Notes under the pieces: generated by a model
Seen by the model: only the letters and a program-made list of their open reading frames with translations
The model's database searches: none
What the model was told of the DNA's origin: nothing
NCBI GenBank assembly: GCA_040182905.1
Contig: JARQWU010000005.1
Span: 62,001 to 126,000 of the forward strand
Origin: Barthelona sp. PAP020
Lineage: Eukaryota
Length of the DNA: 64,000 nucleotides
Reading direction: 5' to 3'
Part shown: positions 1 through 12,900 of the stretch, one piece after another
Layout of the letters: every line of letters starts with the position of its first letter
How positions within the stretch are numbered: the first letter of the stretch is position 1
Translations under genes and position numbers: made by a program

Positions 1-1
1 T

Positions 2-1270
2 TATCCAGATTTGAATTTACTTTCTTATGAGGTATTTCCTGATAGTTCTATGACAATTCCATATGATTTTGTTTGTTCATTGTATAATGAACTGCTCAAG
101 GAACCCTATAATGTCAAAAATGATTTGTACCAATTTATAGACCTTATTGTTGAAATTGTTGATGTTCAACCCACCACACAGTCATTTGTGACTGGCGAAT
201 TTCTTAACAATAGCAAATTGGCTGCTGCCATAATGCAAGAACAATATGGTGAATGCATACAGTTCAACGATGGCCTTGATGAATTGAACCCACCCCCTGA
301 AGATTGGCGCTATGATGAAGGACTTCCACACTATGAAGAAATAATTTCAGATCATAATTCTATTGAAGTTGATGTCCAACCACAAATCAATGATGATGTG
401 TCCAAACAAAACAATAAAAATTCTCCTTTTGATAAGAATTTTAGAGTTAAGATTTCAAAGCAGAATATTGATCACTTTTTCAAGTCTTTTAAAGCAAATG
501 ATGACGATATTATCGATAACATTCTATTTGCTTATTGTAAAATGTTAATATATGCCTTAAGTTGTTCATCAAACAAGGCATTAACCACAGTTTTTCGTGA
601 TTGGATATCTTTCTTCGGTAATTTTTGTTTTGACTCCAATAACAGTGTTTATTCTGAAAATTCTGTGTTTCCAAAAAGAATATTGTGCAAAAATCCGATG
701 GCCTTACTCTCCAATCTATCTAGTTCGTCTTTTACTCGTTATTTCTTTGAATTATTGTTGAAATCATATCCAAACCTTTCAAAGTATTTTTTTAAAGCCA
801 CATGTTATTCAATGTTAGCGGATTGTACTCATATTACTTGTATATATCCAGAAGATTGCTCATTCATCGAATTGACAGAATTCTTGAAAAGTTTGGACAC
901 TTTTGATGCTGTATTTTTACCTTGTGGTTCTTTGCTTGATTTTTTAAACACAGGTGATCAATTATCAAATTTGTTTGATCATATCGTCGAAAGCCCAATT
1001 GAAACGTTCATTTTCCAATTTGATTTCGAAAAATTGAACAGTCTCAATCTAAATTCAAAAGATCACAATATTAGAATATTGCAAATGTCAGATAGTTGTT
1101 TAAAAGGTGGTTGGTTAAGTGCAATGCATGAAGTTATCATATTGGGTTCAACCGAAAATGAAAGAAGCAGTTTCCAGAGTAATCCTTTAATTTTTGCGAA
1201 TTTAACAGCTAGTTCATGTAATCCACCTGTTGGTTATCCTGATCTTGTTTTACCTGTTGTTGTTTCATAA
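2..1270 (+). CDS. Pecanex-like protein, C-terminal part (5' end lies upstream of the window)
   Basis: The frame is open from position 2. The C-terminal CLKGGWLSAMHEVIILGSTENERSSFQSNPLIFANLTASSCNPPVGYP matches the conserved Pecanex_C end (VRGxW...ELxxxxxxxxERxSIQ...LRNLxxxxxxPPxGYP). Confidence 0.65.
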   Translation, partial: YPDLNLLSYEVFPDSSMTIPYDFVCSLYNELLKEPYNVKNDLYQFIDLIVEIVDVQPTTQSFVTGEFLNNSKLAAAIMQEQYGECIQFNDGLDELNPPPEDWRYDEGLPHYEEIISDHNSIEVDVQPQINDDVSKQNNKNSPFDKNFRVKISKQNIDHFFKSFKANDDDIIDNILFAYCKMLIYALSCSSNKALTTVFRDWISFFGNFCFDSNNSVYSENSVFPKRILCKNPMALLSNLSSSSFTRYFFELLLKSYPNLSKYFFKATCYSMLADCTHITCIYPEDCSFIELTEFLKSLDTFDAVFLPCGSLLDFLNTGDQLSNLFDHIVESPIETFIFQFDFEKLNSLNLNSKDHNIRILQMSDSCLKGGWLSAMHEVIILGSTENERSSFQSNPLIFANLTASSCNPPVGYPDLVLPVVVS

Positions 1271-1547
1271 GATTTCAATTTTGTAAATAGTTAAGTGTGT
1301 GTTATTTATGTTTCAAAATCATTTGTATTTTTTTATTCAAATAAATTGTTGAAGGAATCAAAAAATTTAGCCTGAAAGGCAATGATATCTCAAAAATTGA
1401 TTGAAATCCAGCACTATCTTTCATTCTTTTTCATAATCGTATTTTATCCACATAATATTTATATTTTAATGTATGTTATCGAATAAAGGATGCAAAATTG
1501 TACAAAATTGTTTTTGTGGTTCATTTTTACTTTTTTCTGATTCTTTT

Positions 1548-2504
1548 ATGTTACCCCAACCAGAACAATCAACTTTATTTGATTTTTTAAATGGAGAAAT
1601 TGAACAATTGAAAAATGATTTATTATCTTCAATGAAAACCCTTAATGAACAAGCAAATCAAATAAAGAAAGAATTTGAAGAGGAATTTTCAAAGAATAGA
1701 ATTGATTACATATCCATGAAATCTTCAAACATAAAACTATCTGATAGAATGGATGAAATAGTGTTGGAAAATCAAAAAATACTTAAAGAATTGAAAGTTA
1801 TCAAGGAAGACAATAGTAATTTAAGAATTGAAGTTGAAAATTTGAAAACTGAAAATACAAAATTAAAAACCAAATTCAGAGCTGTTACAGAGGCAACAAA
1901 TTCTAATTTTTCCAAAGCTGATGAGAATTTTACACAAGTTCATGGTATTTTGAATGAATTAACAACCCAAATCAATGAATTAACCATTCAATTTAATGAA
2001 TTTTGTGAAAATCCTCCTAGAACTCAGCCTTGTGATTGTTTTCAAAAGAGATTCAATAAATTAGCTGATAAGACTATTGAAATTGACAAAAAACAACTTG
2101 AAATTATTGAAAAACAAACATTTTTTGAAAATGAGATTCAAAGCCTTTCAAATGCTGATTCTGTTCAAAACAATTTGTTTGAATCTTCAAATCAAATATA
2201 TGAACCACAATTAAATAAATTGCAAGAACAAATACGTATTTTAAATTCAAAGATTTATCAAGTAGATGAATTAGCTGAAAAACAAATTATTTTCACAGAA
2301 AATTTGGAAAAATTTGAAGAAAGTATTGAAAAAATTGACAGTAATGTTATTAAAGTGAAAAATTCAATAAATGTCATTGAAAATGCCTCTATTGATCTTA
2401 GTCAAGCCGTAGATTCTCATGTTCATATCACCAAAGATAGATTTGAATCTGTATCCGATGCTTTAAAATCTTTATCATCAATGATGGCTTCAAACATTCA
2501 GTAA
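1548..2504 (+). CDS. Coiled-coil protein of unknown function
   Basis: Long ORF with heptad-like E/K/Q/N/L composition. The ATG at 1548 is preferred because the upstream ORF segment (from 1473) is T-rich and UTR-like. Confidence 0.6.
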   Translation: MLPQPEQSTLFDFLNGEIEQLKNDLLSSMKTLNEQANQIKKEFEEEFSKNRIDYISMKSSNIKLSDRMDEIVLENQKILKELKVIKEDNSNLRIEVENLKTENTKLKTKFRAVTEATNSNFSKADENFTQVHGILNELTTQINELTIQFNEFCENPPRTQPCDCFQKRFNKLADKTIEIDKKQLEIIEKQTFFENEIQSLSNADSVQNNLFESSNQIYEPQLNKLQEQIRILNSKIYQVDELAEKQIIFTENLEKFEESIEKIDSNVIKVKNSINVIENASIDLSQAVDSHVHITKDRFESVSDALKSLSSMMASNIQ

Positions 2505-2635
2505 CTCTTATATTTTTGTATTATTCATAATTTTGGTGTGTTATTTGTGTAATTATTATACTTCAATGTTAATTTGTAAAAAATTCAATCTCTGTTTTTT
2601 ATTTGCTATTATAATATATTTAAACGAATTCTTTC

Positions 2636-5600
2636 ATGTCCTATACCACCGATGAGGAAATGAAAAGATTTCATACACGTGTGGAAGAAGCATATTCTTT
2701 GTTAGACGATTTGGCGGATGATTCAAATATGCATGAAGTTGCAACAGTTAAAAGTATAACTGGATTAATTGATGAGTTAGCACAAGCACGAAGTTTAAAT
2801 ATTGAAAGATTACGAGAAGCTCAAATAGAATTGAATGAAAAAGATCAAATTATTTTTGAACTAAAAGAACGTATTGAACAATTGGAAAATAACCAAAATA
2901 CTTCTATTGAAAATCCTCTTGCTGGACAATTGCAATTTGAAGAAACTTTGGAAAAATTACAACATCGTTTGCAAGATTCAAAAGCTTTAAGTAAATCATT
3001 AATTCAAAAGAACGTAAGGTTAAAATTGATTATTGAAGATAAAGTTCAAGTTAACTTGGATTTATTGGACCAAATTGAAAAATTGGAGAATGAATTAAAT
3101 GAAAAGAAACAAAACGTGGAAGAAATGATTGTCGAAGAGTCTCCTTTTTTCAATTTAAGATCGGTTACTGTTAATAGTACTCATGCACAAATTGAAAAAT
3201 TAAAACATGAAATGGATGAATTAAAGAATGCCAATTTAATATTACGTCAGCAATTAGTTAGTGCTCGAACAAAGACTCAACTGTTGCAAAAGTCGATAAA
3301 TAAAGCCTTTGGACAAGAAGATGTTGATTCAAAGTTTTCTGATGAAGCATTGAATGAAATGGTTCAAATTGCCAAAAAGAAAACCGGTGATAAAGAGTTA
3401 ATAACAAATTCTTTGAGTTTGGTTGATGAAAATGAATTGAATTCAGTAAAAACTTTAAAAGATGCTAAGGACTTAATAATTCTATTGAACAATCGATACA
3501 CAAAATCAGCTGAAAATGGAATGCAATTGCAAAATCATGTTGAAGAAGAAAGAAACAGAATGAAAGTTTTAGAACGTGATTTGAGGGAGATTAATTCAAG
3601 TTATGATGAATTGACCAAAAAAGTTGAAGATTCAGTAGCATTGTTGTATGAAAAAGCCAATTTAAATTTTGAATTAAGTCAAACTCCTTTGGAATCATTC
3701 GAACAATGTATTGAAATAGTTCATGGTTTAATTGATTCCCAAAGAGGACAAATTGAAGTTAATCATGCTGAAATTAAGCAATTAAAAGAAGAATTAATAC
3801 AAAAAAAGATTGAATTACTTGAGTTAAGACAAAATAGTGAATTAGAAATTCAAAAAATTCAAACTTCTGAATTTAATCGTTGTGATGATTTGAGAAAGAA
3901 ACTAATGGACATTGTTGGAGAATATCAAATTAAAGAAAATGAATATTTGAATAAGATCTCTGAATTACACAGCAAATTGTTAAAATCTGATAGAATCATT
4001 GAAGACAATCATTATGAAATAAGTAATTTGAATGAACAATTGAATAATAAAGATGTATTAATCAAGGATTTACAGAACAATGAGAAAATTTTAAGAAATG
4101 TTGTTAATGAAGAGTCACAGAAAATGGTTAGAGAAATTCAACAACATCGTGTTGAAATAAATCAAGAATTAAATGAAAGTCAAAGAGTATTAAATCAAAA
4201 ACAATCTCAATTAGCAGAAATGGAACAAAAAACTAATATAACAACAGAGAGATTATTGTTATTATCCAATTCTTTAAACACTTTGAGAAAATTACATGCT
4301 TATTCAACTACTTCTGTGAAACCAATAAATACAAATAAAATTGTTGAAGAGTATGAAAGTGCTGTCGGTGAATTAGCAGCCAATTTAGCTTTATTGGAAG
4401 AACCTGGAATGTCAATTATTGATTTGGAAAAAGTAGTTTTACAGACTATGAATAGTCCAGATCCTATGGGTGCACTGTTAGGACAATCTGTTCCTGGTGA
4501 TTTGATAGCTGTTGTCGACAATTTGAAAAATAAAAATCGTTCCATTCAATTAGAATTACGAGCAAAATTAGAATTAGCTGAACAACAAACCAATGAAATC
4601 AATAATTTGAAACGTTCCTTAAAATTAGTCAATGCAGTTGTACAAGAACAAGAAGTTGAAGTTATTGATTTGGAAAAAAGAGTTCAAACTTTAATGAAAG
4701 TTTTTTGTTATTTACTTCATGAGAAAAATATTGTAGATGGTGAACAAATTTCTGTTGACTCATTGACAAAACAAATTGTTGATATTTTGGATGAATTTAT
4801 TGAAAAAAATAAGATTGATTCTTCTAAAGCAAAGCCAAAAGAGGAAGATTTAAAAGACATATTTTCTTTGAAAGAATTTATGATAAATAAAACACAAGAA
4901 TTTGATAAACAACAACAAGAATTCATACAGTTGAAAAAATATCTAAAAGAAATTGAAAAACAATTAACACTTATTAAAAAGGAAAAAGAAACTTTATTAA
5001 AACAACTGAAAATGAGAAAATCTCTTGTAAAAGTGGATGAATTACCCAAAAAAGTCGAAGAGACTTTTGAAAATCTTGAAAAACAAAAAGATAATGTAAT
5101 GTCATCTGTTGAAGAAATTGTTGAAGAAATCATCAAGGAAGTCATCCCAAAAGATGATAATGTGGAAGATATAAAACCAGTTGATACCTTACCTTTTGAA
5201 TTGGAATCGATTGAATTTTTAACCAAAGAAAATTTAAAATTATACACTCCTTGGTTTGATAAATTGAATGAAATTCTTTCGATTAGTCATTCTACTGTTG
5301 AAGAAACAGAAAAATGGCAAAAATTATTGATTAGCTTCTTAAAACAACCATTTGATGAGAATCAAGATATTAATGAAGAAATTGAATACAAGAAATCTGT
5401 ATTGGAAGCAGTGATAAATGAAATTGGTAAATTATGGAGGGAATTCCCAAAAATTGCTGGTATTCCAGAGAGTAGTTTGAATGAATCTCCTGAAACCATA
5501 GTTTTAAAGACTCAAGTGAAAAGTTTAACTAAATTATTGAAGGTTTCTGAACAAGAATTGCAAGAAATAAGAATCAAATTAAAAAATCAACAAGATGAAT

Positions 5601-6352
5601 TTGATTTGCAATTACATGAAGAACTGATTGAAGAAAATGATCGTTTAAATGCTGAAACAAAAGATTTGAAAGAGAAATTGTCTTTAAACGAAGTTAAAAT
5701 CAATAGATTCGAAAAGTTATACGAAAAATATGAAGAAACTTCTATTGAAGAAAGAAATCTTAAATTTGCTTCAATTGTTGAAAAAATAAATCGTGAAATT
5801 ATTCATTTGAGAGAATTACAAAAGTTTGTAATCAATTTTAATAAATCTTACGAATTGGAAGCAAACAGTCAAAGAATTATCGAACAAATTGAATCAATCG
5901 AATTTATTGACATTCCTTTCAATAAAAAAGATTTGATCATTTATGAAAGTATACAAATATTCGTAAGAAATTTGATGGACTTTTTAAATCTTTACAAATC
6001 ATTAAATATGCATTTAATTATAAAGAAAATAATTGAAAGTAAATGCAGGCAAAACAATTTTAAGATGGATAAATCTTTATTCGATGAATTGATTAAATTG
6101 AGAGAGTTAGCTGTCAATAGATCAATTAGTGGGGCTGGAAAAATTGCTAAAGATTTGAAAAATCATCAAACACTGTTGAAAAATATTGTTAAAAAGCAAA
6201 ATGAAGATTTAATCTATTTGGAAAATGCTATGTTATTTGAATCTCAAACTGATAAATTTCCTGATGTATTAAATGTTTTAAATATTTTAATTGAGTACTT
6301 CAACAAAGATTTTAGAACATTCAATGAAAATATTAATGAATATCAACAATAG
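2636..6352 (+). CDS. Large coiled-coil protein (1238 aa)
   Basis: Uninterrupted 3.7-kb ORF with E/K/L/Q-rich heptad pattern and no recognisable catalytic motif. Confidence 0.75.
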   Translation: MSYTTDEEMKRFHTRVEEAYSLLDDLADDSNMHEVATVKSITGLIDELAQARSLNIERLREAQIELNEKDQIIFELKERIEQLENNQNTSIENPLAGQLQFEETLEKLQHRLQDSKALSKSLIQKNVRLKLIIEDKVQVNLDLLDQIEKLENELNEKKQNVEEMIVEESPFFNLRSVTVNSTHAQIEKLKHEMDELKNANLILRQQLVSARTKTQLLQKSINKAFGQEDVDSKFSDEALNEMVQIAKKKTGDKELITNSLSLVDENELNSVKTLKDAKDLIILLNNRYTKSAENGMQLQNHVEEERNRMKVLERDLREINSSYDELTKKVEDSVALLYEKANLNFELSQTPLESFEQCIEIVHGLIDSQRGQIEVNHAEIKQLKEELIQKKIELLELRQNSELEIQKIQTSEFNRCDDLRKKLMDIVGEYQIKENEYLNKISELHSKLLKSDRIIEDNHYEISNLNEQLNNKDVLIKDLQNNEKILRNVVNEESQKMVREIQQHRVEINQELNESQRVLNQKQSQLAEMEQKTNITTERLLLLSNSLNTLRKLHAYSTTSVKPINTNKIVEEYESAVGELAANLALLEEPGMSIIDLEKVVLQTMNSPDPMGALLGQSVPGDLIAVVDNLKNKNRSIQLELRAKLELAEQQTNEINNLKRSLKLVNAVVQEQEVEVIDLEKRVQTLMKVFCYLLHEKNIVDGEQISVDSLTKQIVDILDEFIEKNKIDSSKAKPKEEDLKDIFSLKEFMINKTQEFDKQQQEFIQLKKYLKEIEKQLTLIKKEKETLLKQLKMRKSLVKVDELPKKVEETFENLEKQKDNVMSSVEEIVEEIIKEVIPKDDNVEDIKPVDTLPFELESIEFLTKENLKLYTPWFDKLNEILSISHSTVEETEKWQKLLISFLKQPFDENQDINEEIEYKKSVLEAVINEIGKLWREFPKIAGIPESSLNESPETIVLKTQVKSLTKLLKVSEQELQEIRIKLKNQQDEFDLQLHEELIEENDRLNAETKDLKEKLSLNEVKINRFEKLYEKYEETSIEERNLKFASIVEKINREIIHLRELQKFVINFNKSYELEANSQRIIEQIESIEFIDIPFNKKDLIIYESIQIFVRNLMDFLNLYKSLNMHLIIKKIIESKCRQNNFKMDKSLFDELIKLRELAVNRSISGAGKIAKDLKNHQTLLKNIVKKQNEDLIYLENAMLFESQTDKFPDVLNVLNILIEYFNKDFRTFNENINEYQQ

Positions 6353-6440
6353 TTTCTATCTTAAGCCCATGAATTTCTTTTCTTTGTTAATTTGCATGTA
6401 AAAATTATTTTTTTTTGGATTTTTTTTTTCACTTATTACA

Positions 6441-6761
6441 ATGAATTCAAGCAATCAAAGTGCAATAGTTGATGATGAAATGATTTCAGATTCTGAAATT
6501 GAAGAAGAAGTTATTGTAGAACAAGAAGAAGATTTCGAAGAAGAAAACATTGCCGAGAAAGAAATTGATGAATTAATATGTGCTGAAGAAGATGAAGAAG
6601 AAGATGAAGAGGAAACAAGACAAATTTCTTCCTCCAAAATCAATGACCCTTTCTGCAAAATTTGTGCCTTGTTAGTATTTAATATTGCTTTATTTGTAGT
6701 CTTGATGTATTTTGTTTTTAAAACACTTCTCAAAATGAATAATGAAAATGTTCCATACTAA
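6441..6761 (+). CDS. Small acidic protein with a C-terminal transmembrane helix (tail-anchored-like)
   Basis: 106 aa; E/D-rich N-terminus followed by hydrophobic ICALLVFNIALFVVLMYFVF and a short tail. The ATG follows a T-rich intergenic tract. Confidence 0.55.
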   Translation: MNSSNQSAIVDDEMISDSEIEEEVIVEQEEDFEEENIAEKEIDELICAEEDEEEDEEETRQISSSKINDPFCKICALLVFNIALFVVLMYFVFKTLLKMNNENVPY

Positions 6762-6948
6762 TAAACCTTCATAAAAAAATGTCTTTTTTTGTTTCCATTT
6801 CCATCTTTCTTATTTGTTGAATCATTCTTTTATAGTATGAATTCTTATCAATAAATTTGCTTTTGGGGAATATACAAATAAATGGATAAAAATGAAATTT
6901 GAATTTTGGATTTTTTCAGTTTATTTTTCAAATGATCAAAACGAAAAG

Positions 6949-9900
6949 ATGAATAATTTGACTGAATTAGATGATATAGATGAAACAAAATCTTTTGAAA
7001 ACGAAAATGATGAAATAGAAGAACCCAGAGAAATTGATTTATCATTCAGTCCAATACGAATGAATAGCAATGGAAATACTTCAACAAAAGTATTTATGAA
7101 AGGTGCGAATGATCCTTCAAGATTTGCGGGTAAAATAATACCAAAGAAATTTGCATCTAATTTTAAAACCATTTCTACGAATATGAATGTAAATGAAAGT
7201 GTAAGAAGTATGGTTTTATGTTGTGATAATGTATGGTGTGCCTGCAGAAGCCCCATTATACGAGTTTTTTCACCAGTTTCAGGGTTATTAATAAAAGAAA
7301 TTAAAACTGGTTTGAAACAATTAACAGTTGTGCTTAGTTCGCAAGACAATTATGTTTGGGCTGGTTTATCTTCCGGAGAAATACTTATTTTTGATGGAAT
7401 GACTTTTCGCATAAAAAGACGATTAAATGCTCATAGAAATAATGTCACTTCCTTATGTGTATCTCCAATAGGAATGTTTACTGGAGGATCTGATTTTCTC
7501 GTGAGATTATTACCTTTTGACAAAGAATCAAAGGTTGGTCTGTCGAAATCTTTATCAGATTCTATAGTATCGATCAAATATTATGACCCACAACAATTTA
7601 ACAAGATCTTTACTCCCACATTAATTGTTGCAACTATTAACCATGTAAAAGGGTATCAATTGCGGAAGACTTCAGATCGTACACCCAAATTAAAGTTGGA
7701 ACAGATGTGGAATTATGAACATGATAAAGGACATCCTGCATGTTTAGCGATTAGAACATTACAAATGAAAGGGATTAATGATGATTTAAAGATTGATGTG
7801 TATGTTGGATCTGATACTGGTTATATAACCGTCTTAAATTTAAAGACTGGTGGGGTATTACACACTTTTCAAGCACATCCAGGAAAGTGTTGTTGTTGCA
7901 TTGAATCTGTTGCTACTACTATTTGGTCGGGTGGATATGATTCAAAGCTTAAGATTTGGAACATAGTAGATTATAAATTAGTTGATGTTATTAATGTTCA
8001 TGAAGGTTGGTTATACAGTTTGTTGAAGATAGGGAAGAACATGTGGTGTTCTGGATCAGATCAAACCATATCTATATGGAATATTGATATGGCTAGACAT
8101 AAGAAGTTAAGCAAGATTAATTCTGATTGGATTGTTGCTGATATTGATTCAGCAGATTTTGAAGATATTTCTGAAACTGAAACCGAATCTTTTTTATCGA
8201 TTGATTCTGAAACTGATTTTAATTTTAACATGAAAGAATTTCAAAAGTTAAGCACAATTGACAAAGAGTTCTTTCTTAATACTCTTGGAAATCAAATGAA
8301 GGTTGAATTAATTCTTGAATTGACTTCAGGCCAGGAAAATTCTAAAGAATTACTGATCAAAAGATTTAGAGAATTTTTTGAAACAATAAATTACAAATTT
8401 TTGAATCAATTTCCAACTATTGAAAATGATTCAAACACTGAAATCAATTATTTTAAGTGGTTAAATATTTTGGAAGAAAATTTACTCAGTTTTATTGATG
8501 ATTATCTGAATATTCAAGAACTATTCGCAAATAATGATAATTCTTTGAATAATAAGAATAGATCAAAAGGTTTAAAGCGTAATCTCAGTAATGAGTTTCT
8601 AAATGAGTACAAACAAAACGTAATTTACAACAAAATTGTGAAAAAGAATGTTTCTTTCTCAGATATAAATTTTGACGAATTGAAAGATGAAAATTGTCAA
8701 GACTTTTCTAGTTTTATTCAACCTTGTACTTTTGAGCAAGTGAAAGCATTGAAAGATGATAATACTACCTTAAAAGGTGATGTGGATATTTTGAAGAAAG
8801 AAATTGAAAAGTTAAAATTTGAAAATGAAAATTTAAAACTTGAAAAAGATTTATTTTTGGAAGAACGTCATCGTATGTTTGAATTTGAACAATTTGTTCA
8901 TAGTTTAACAAATAATCACGAATTATCAAATGATAATTTGTCAAATTATGATGATTCACAATCTACAGGTAGTGAAATGTTATTTTTAGAAAATTGTAAA
9001 ACATTTATTGAAACTTTGAAAGATTATTGTGATGAAATAGTTCCAAATATTGATTTATCACATTTAAAACCTTTAGATATGGTTAAAGAAACCATGGATA
9101 TTTTATTTGATGAAAATCAGGAATTAATGAATGATATTGAAGATGTAACTGATAAATTTAACGAATTTAAAAAGAATAATGAGAAAGAATTGAAAAAAAT
9201 TGCAAAAGAATTGAATGGAATCAAAAGAAATTTCACAAATATTGGACAAAATTTTGATGCAGAGTTAGAAAATTTCCAAGAAACTTTTGAACAATTTGAA
9301 AATGATATTTGTGAAATAATTTGTAATAATGCATCTTCTACAACCATTGTCAATCAAAATTCTTTGAAAGAAATCAAAAAATTGAAAAATGATTTGCATA
9401 ATGTGAAGAATTCTATAATAAATCTTCAAAACCAAAGTATTGAATATACAATGAAAATTGTCAATGATACAAGTGTGAATATCGGTAAATATCAATTGAA
9501 AAGTTTGGATAATTCGATCAAATATTTAAAGAATAGCATGGAATTGGAATTGGAAGGCATTTACAATGAATGTAATGGTTATTTACAAGTAAAGAGTGAG
9601 AAGATTTCAAATGAATTGAAAACATCAAAAGAAACTTTTAATTTGATGAAACATCAGATATTGAATATGGAATTAGATCATGATAAAGAAATGAAAGAAA
9701 TTTTTAAACAAATCATGAAAGAAATTGTTTCATATCAAATGAAACATGAAGAATTATCCAAAAGTTATGAACAAGAGAAAGAATTAACAAGAGATTTAAA
9801 TGAACAATTGAAAAAACAAACTGAAAGAAATTTATTTTTAAAAGAACAATTGAATTATAATGCTGATTCTTCAGCATATTCTAGAATAAAGCTCGAGTCT

Positions 9901-12900
9901 ATTTTGATGGAAATTGAAGAAATCAGAAACAGTTTATCAAATTGTAAATCAGCAATTTTAAAAACAAATTCTGAAAATATTGAATATTTGAATGTTTCAA
10001 GTGAATCTATCATTACCAAAATTAAAAATGAATATAATATGCTTCTAATAGACATAAGGCATGTGATTGAGGATAACGCTGTTTGTAAAAGTAAAATTGA
10101 ACAAGAATTGAATGAAAAAGATATTCTTTCATTATTTGAAGACTTGTTAATAGATTGTGAAAGGGTAAATTGTAGTAACAATGTAAAATTCCAAACAATT
10201 AAAAATAGTTCACAGATAATCAGAAAACATTTGAACAATTTCAAAGAATTGATAGTTCAAACGCCCAATGCACAATTCAGTGTCTTTAAAGAAATACTTG
10301 TTGATTTTGAAAGGAAAATTCATTCAAGTGTTAACGATACTGTGGAATCACAACATGACAAAATTCGAAGAGAACTAATAGATTTTAGTGAATATCTTTA
10401 TCAAATGGATGAAAAAGTTAAAAATGATTTGCAAAAGTTCGAAAAGTTCGAAAAGTTTGCAAACAAATATTATAAATATGAAGATGTTTTAGATAAAATT
10501 TCTAAATTTGGATATTCTCTTGAAAATCTATTGGAGTTTAAACAAATGTTTGAAAGTTTTGAAGAATATTTTGAACTTTTTGATAAAGACGTTTTTAAAG
10601 AAATTGTTGATTGTGGATATAATTTGGATGAAATGTTGCAAGTCAAGAAAAAATCTGAAAAATGTGACTGTGATATTATGTTAAAAGTTTTTGAAGGAGA
10701 TATTGATCTAAAAGAATTGTTAGATGTTAAGAAAGAACTTGATGAACACAAATTAACGATTGAAGAATTTGGTGAAGAACACAAAACTTTGGAAGAAATT
10801 AAGACACTTTACAATGAAGAAGACCTGCTCAAACTGAAAGAAACAATAATTGAACAAAAGCACACCTTGGACATATTGCCAAACCATGACGTCATTTCTT
10901 CCTTTGATTTCTTAAATCATGTGCTTGAAGAACGAAAGGATATTCATTTGTTGTTTGGAGAGGATTATAAAAGCGTTATTGATTATTTGCAAGAATTACT
11001 GATGTTTTTGGGATATTTTGAAGAAGATAATCAAAACTCAAATTCAAATGACAAGATAAGAAATTTCTTTGAGTTTAAAAATATTTTTGAGAAAAATTGG
11101 AAAAATTTGAAGGAAAGATTGGACGTTTATGACAGGCTGATAAAGAAAGGTGGCTCGGTTGATGATCTTTCAAGAGTGAACTTATTTGGAGAATTTGGAA
11201 ATGATGATGAGAAAATTAAAGAATGGATTGAAATCAAAAGAATCTTTGAGAAAAATGGCATCAAAGGACGTAATGAGATTTTTAGGCTTATTGATGTTAT
11301 TCAAGTTTATGGAATCAATTTGAACGCTGTTGGAGATATTTTAGGCGGTAAATATTCGAATATTAGTGAAATTTTAGAAGATTTAAGTTTGAATTTGAAA
11401 TTTATATTTTCAAATCGAGATCATTCCAGATTCGAAAATTTCACGGAAATTATTGAAGATTTACAAATATTTAACAGGAGGTTTGAAACGATCAACAAAT
11501 CTTTTGATGAAATTGAAGTAGATGAACAAAATTTGAAAAATATTTTCGATCTTTTTGAAAAGTTTGAGTTTGAAATTGAAAATAATAATGTTATCCGGTC
11601 TTTAGAATTGTTTTTTGAAGATTATATGGTACTTAAGTTAAACAACAGTAAAGGTAATGATAATTCAAGTAACAATGCAAATAGTCCTAAGAAATTGATG
11701 AAATCCTCTTCGAAAGAGCAATATCAGAATCAAAACTATTCAAAAGCACGTAGACCAAGTGAAATCTTTAATCTAAATATTCATTCAAGAGATCATGATA
11801 CGACTTTATCAGATTTGTTAAAATTATGTGATTGTAGAGAGGATGAGATTCTTTCCCACATAGCAAATCTAACGAATTTACGGAAGAAAATATGCAAATC
11901 GTTGAAATGTGATTTTGAGGATGAAAATGAAATTATTAATGAGATTTTTAGGTTGCAACTTACCAATGAACGTTTTGAGAGCATTAGTAAGGATCTAAAT
12001 ATTGATTCAACAAGATTGTTATCTTCAGTAAGAAGCTATCAGCGTTTTATTGACGATATCAACAAAATGATTAATGGTATCAACAAACCTTCACTAGTCG
12101 AAATAAATATGATGACTCTTCTGAGTTATACCCGTGAAAGCATTGAATTGAGAAAAAAATTAGAAGATCTTTACAATACCCAAGATTTGCAACAACTATA
12201 CATGAATGTTGATTCAAATTCTCGAAAGATACAACAAGTTTTAGATAAATTAGAGCTGTCTAACGATATTAAGATATTGCCAAAGATCAATGAGTTAATA
12301 ACGCTTGAAAAGGCCTTGATAGATATCTGTTTCAGAAATGATAATGCTGTAACGGAAACTCAACCTTTGATTGAATACTTTGAGAGTATTGTTGAAGAGT
12401 ACAACAAGTTGACTGAAAGTTTTACACAATTATACAATATTCTGTATGAAAGTTTTGAAAATTTTGAAACTTATGAAACTTTTGAAACTTTTAGTGTTGA
12501 TCAAGAAGCGATCATTGAAAGAGTGTTTCAATATGTGGATATTCAAAATCGTCTTGAATGGACGTTGAATGATCTATTTGGAAATGATGCAGATGATTCT
12601 TTTGACAAGAGTTACAATGTTCAAGAGAATGATACGATGATATCCGATTTTATTTTACATAAATCTAAAGAAATGAAACAAATGTTTGACCTGATAGGAT
12701 TACCCAATGGTGATTTCAGTAGATTGCGAGTATTCTTCACACAACTGTCGACTTTCATTGATAAAGGAGATTTTGAGAAAGTTTTGGAAGATTTACGAAT
12801 GTTAGACTTGATTTATGCAAAGTTTGGAAAAAATAATGTGAAAAATTCAAGGGAAAATAATATTTTGTTGAATATTATAGATGAACGTTTAAATATCAAT

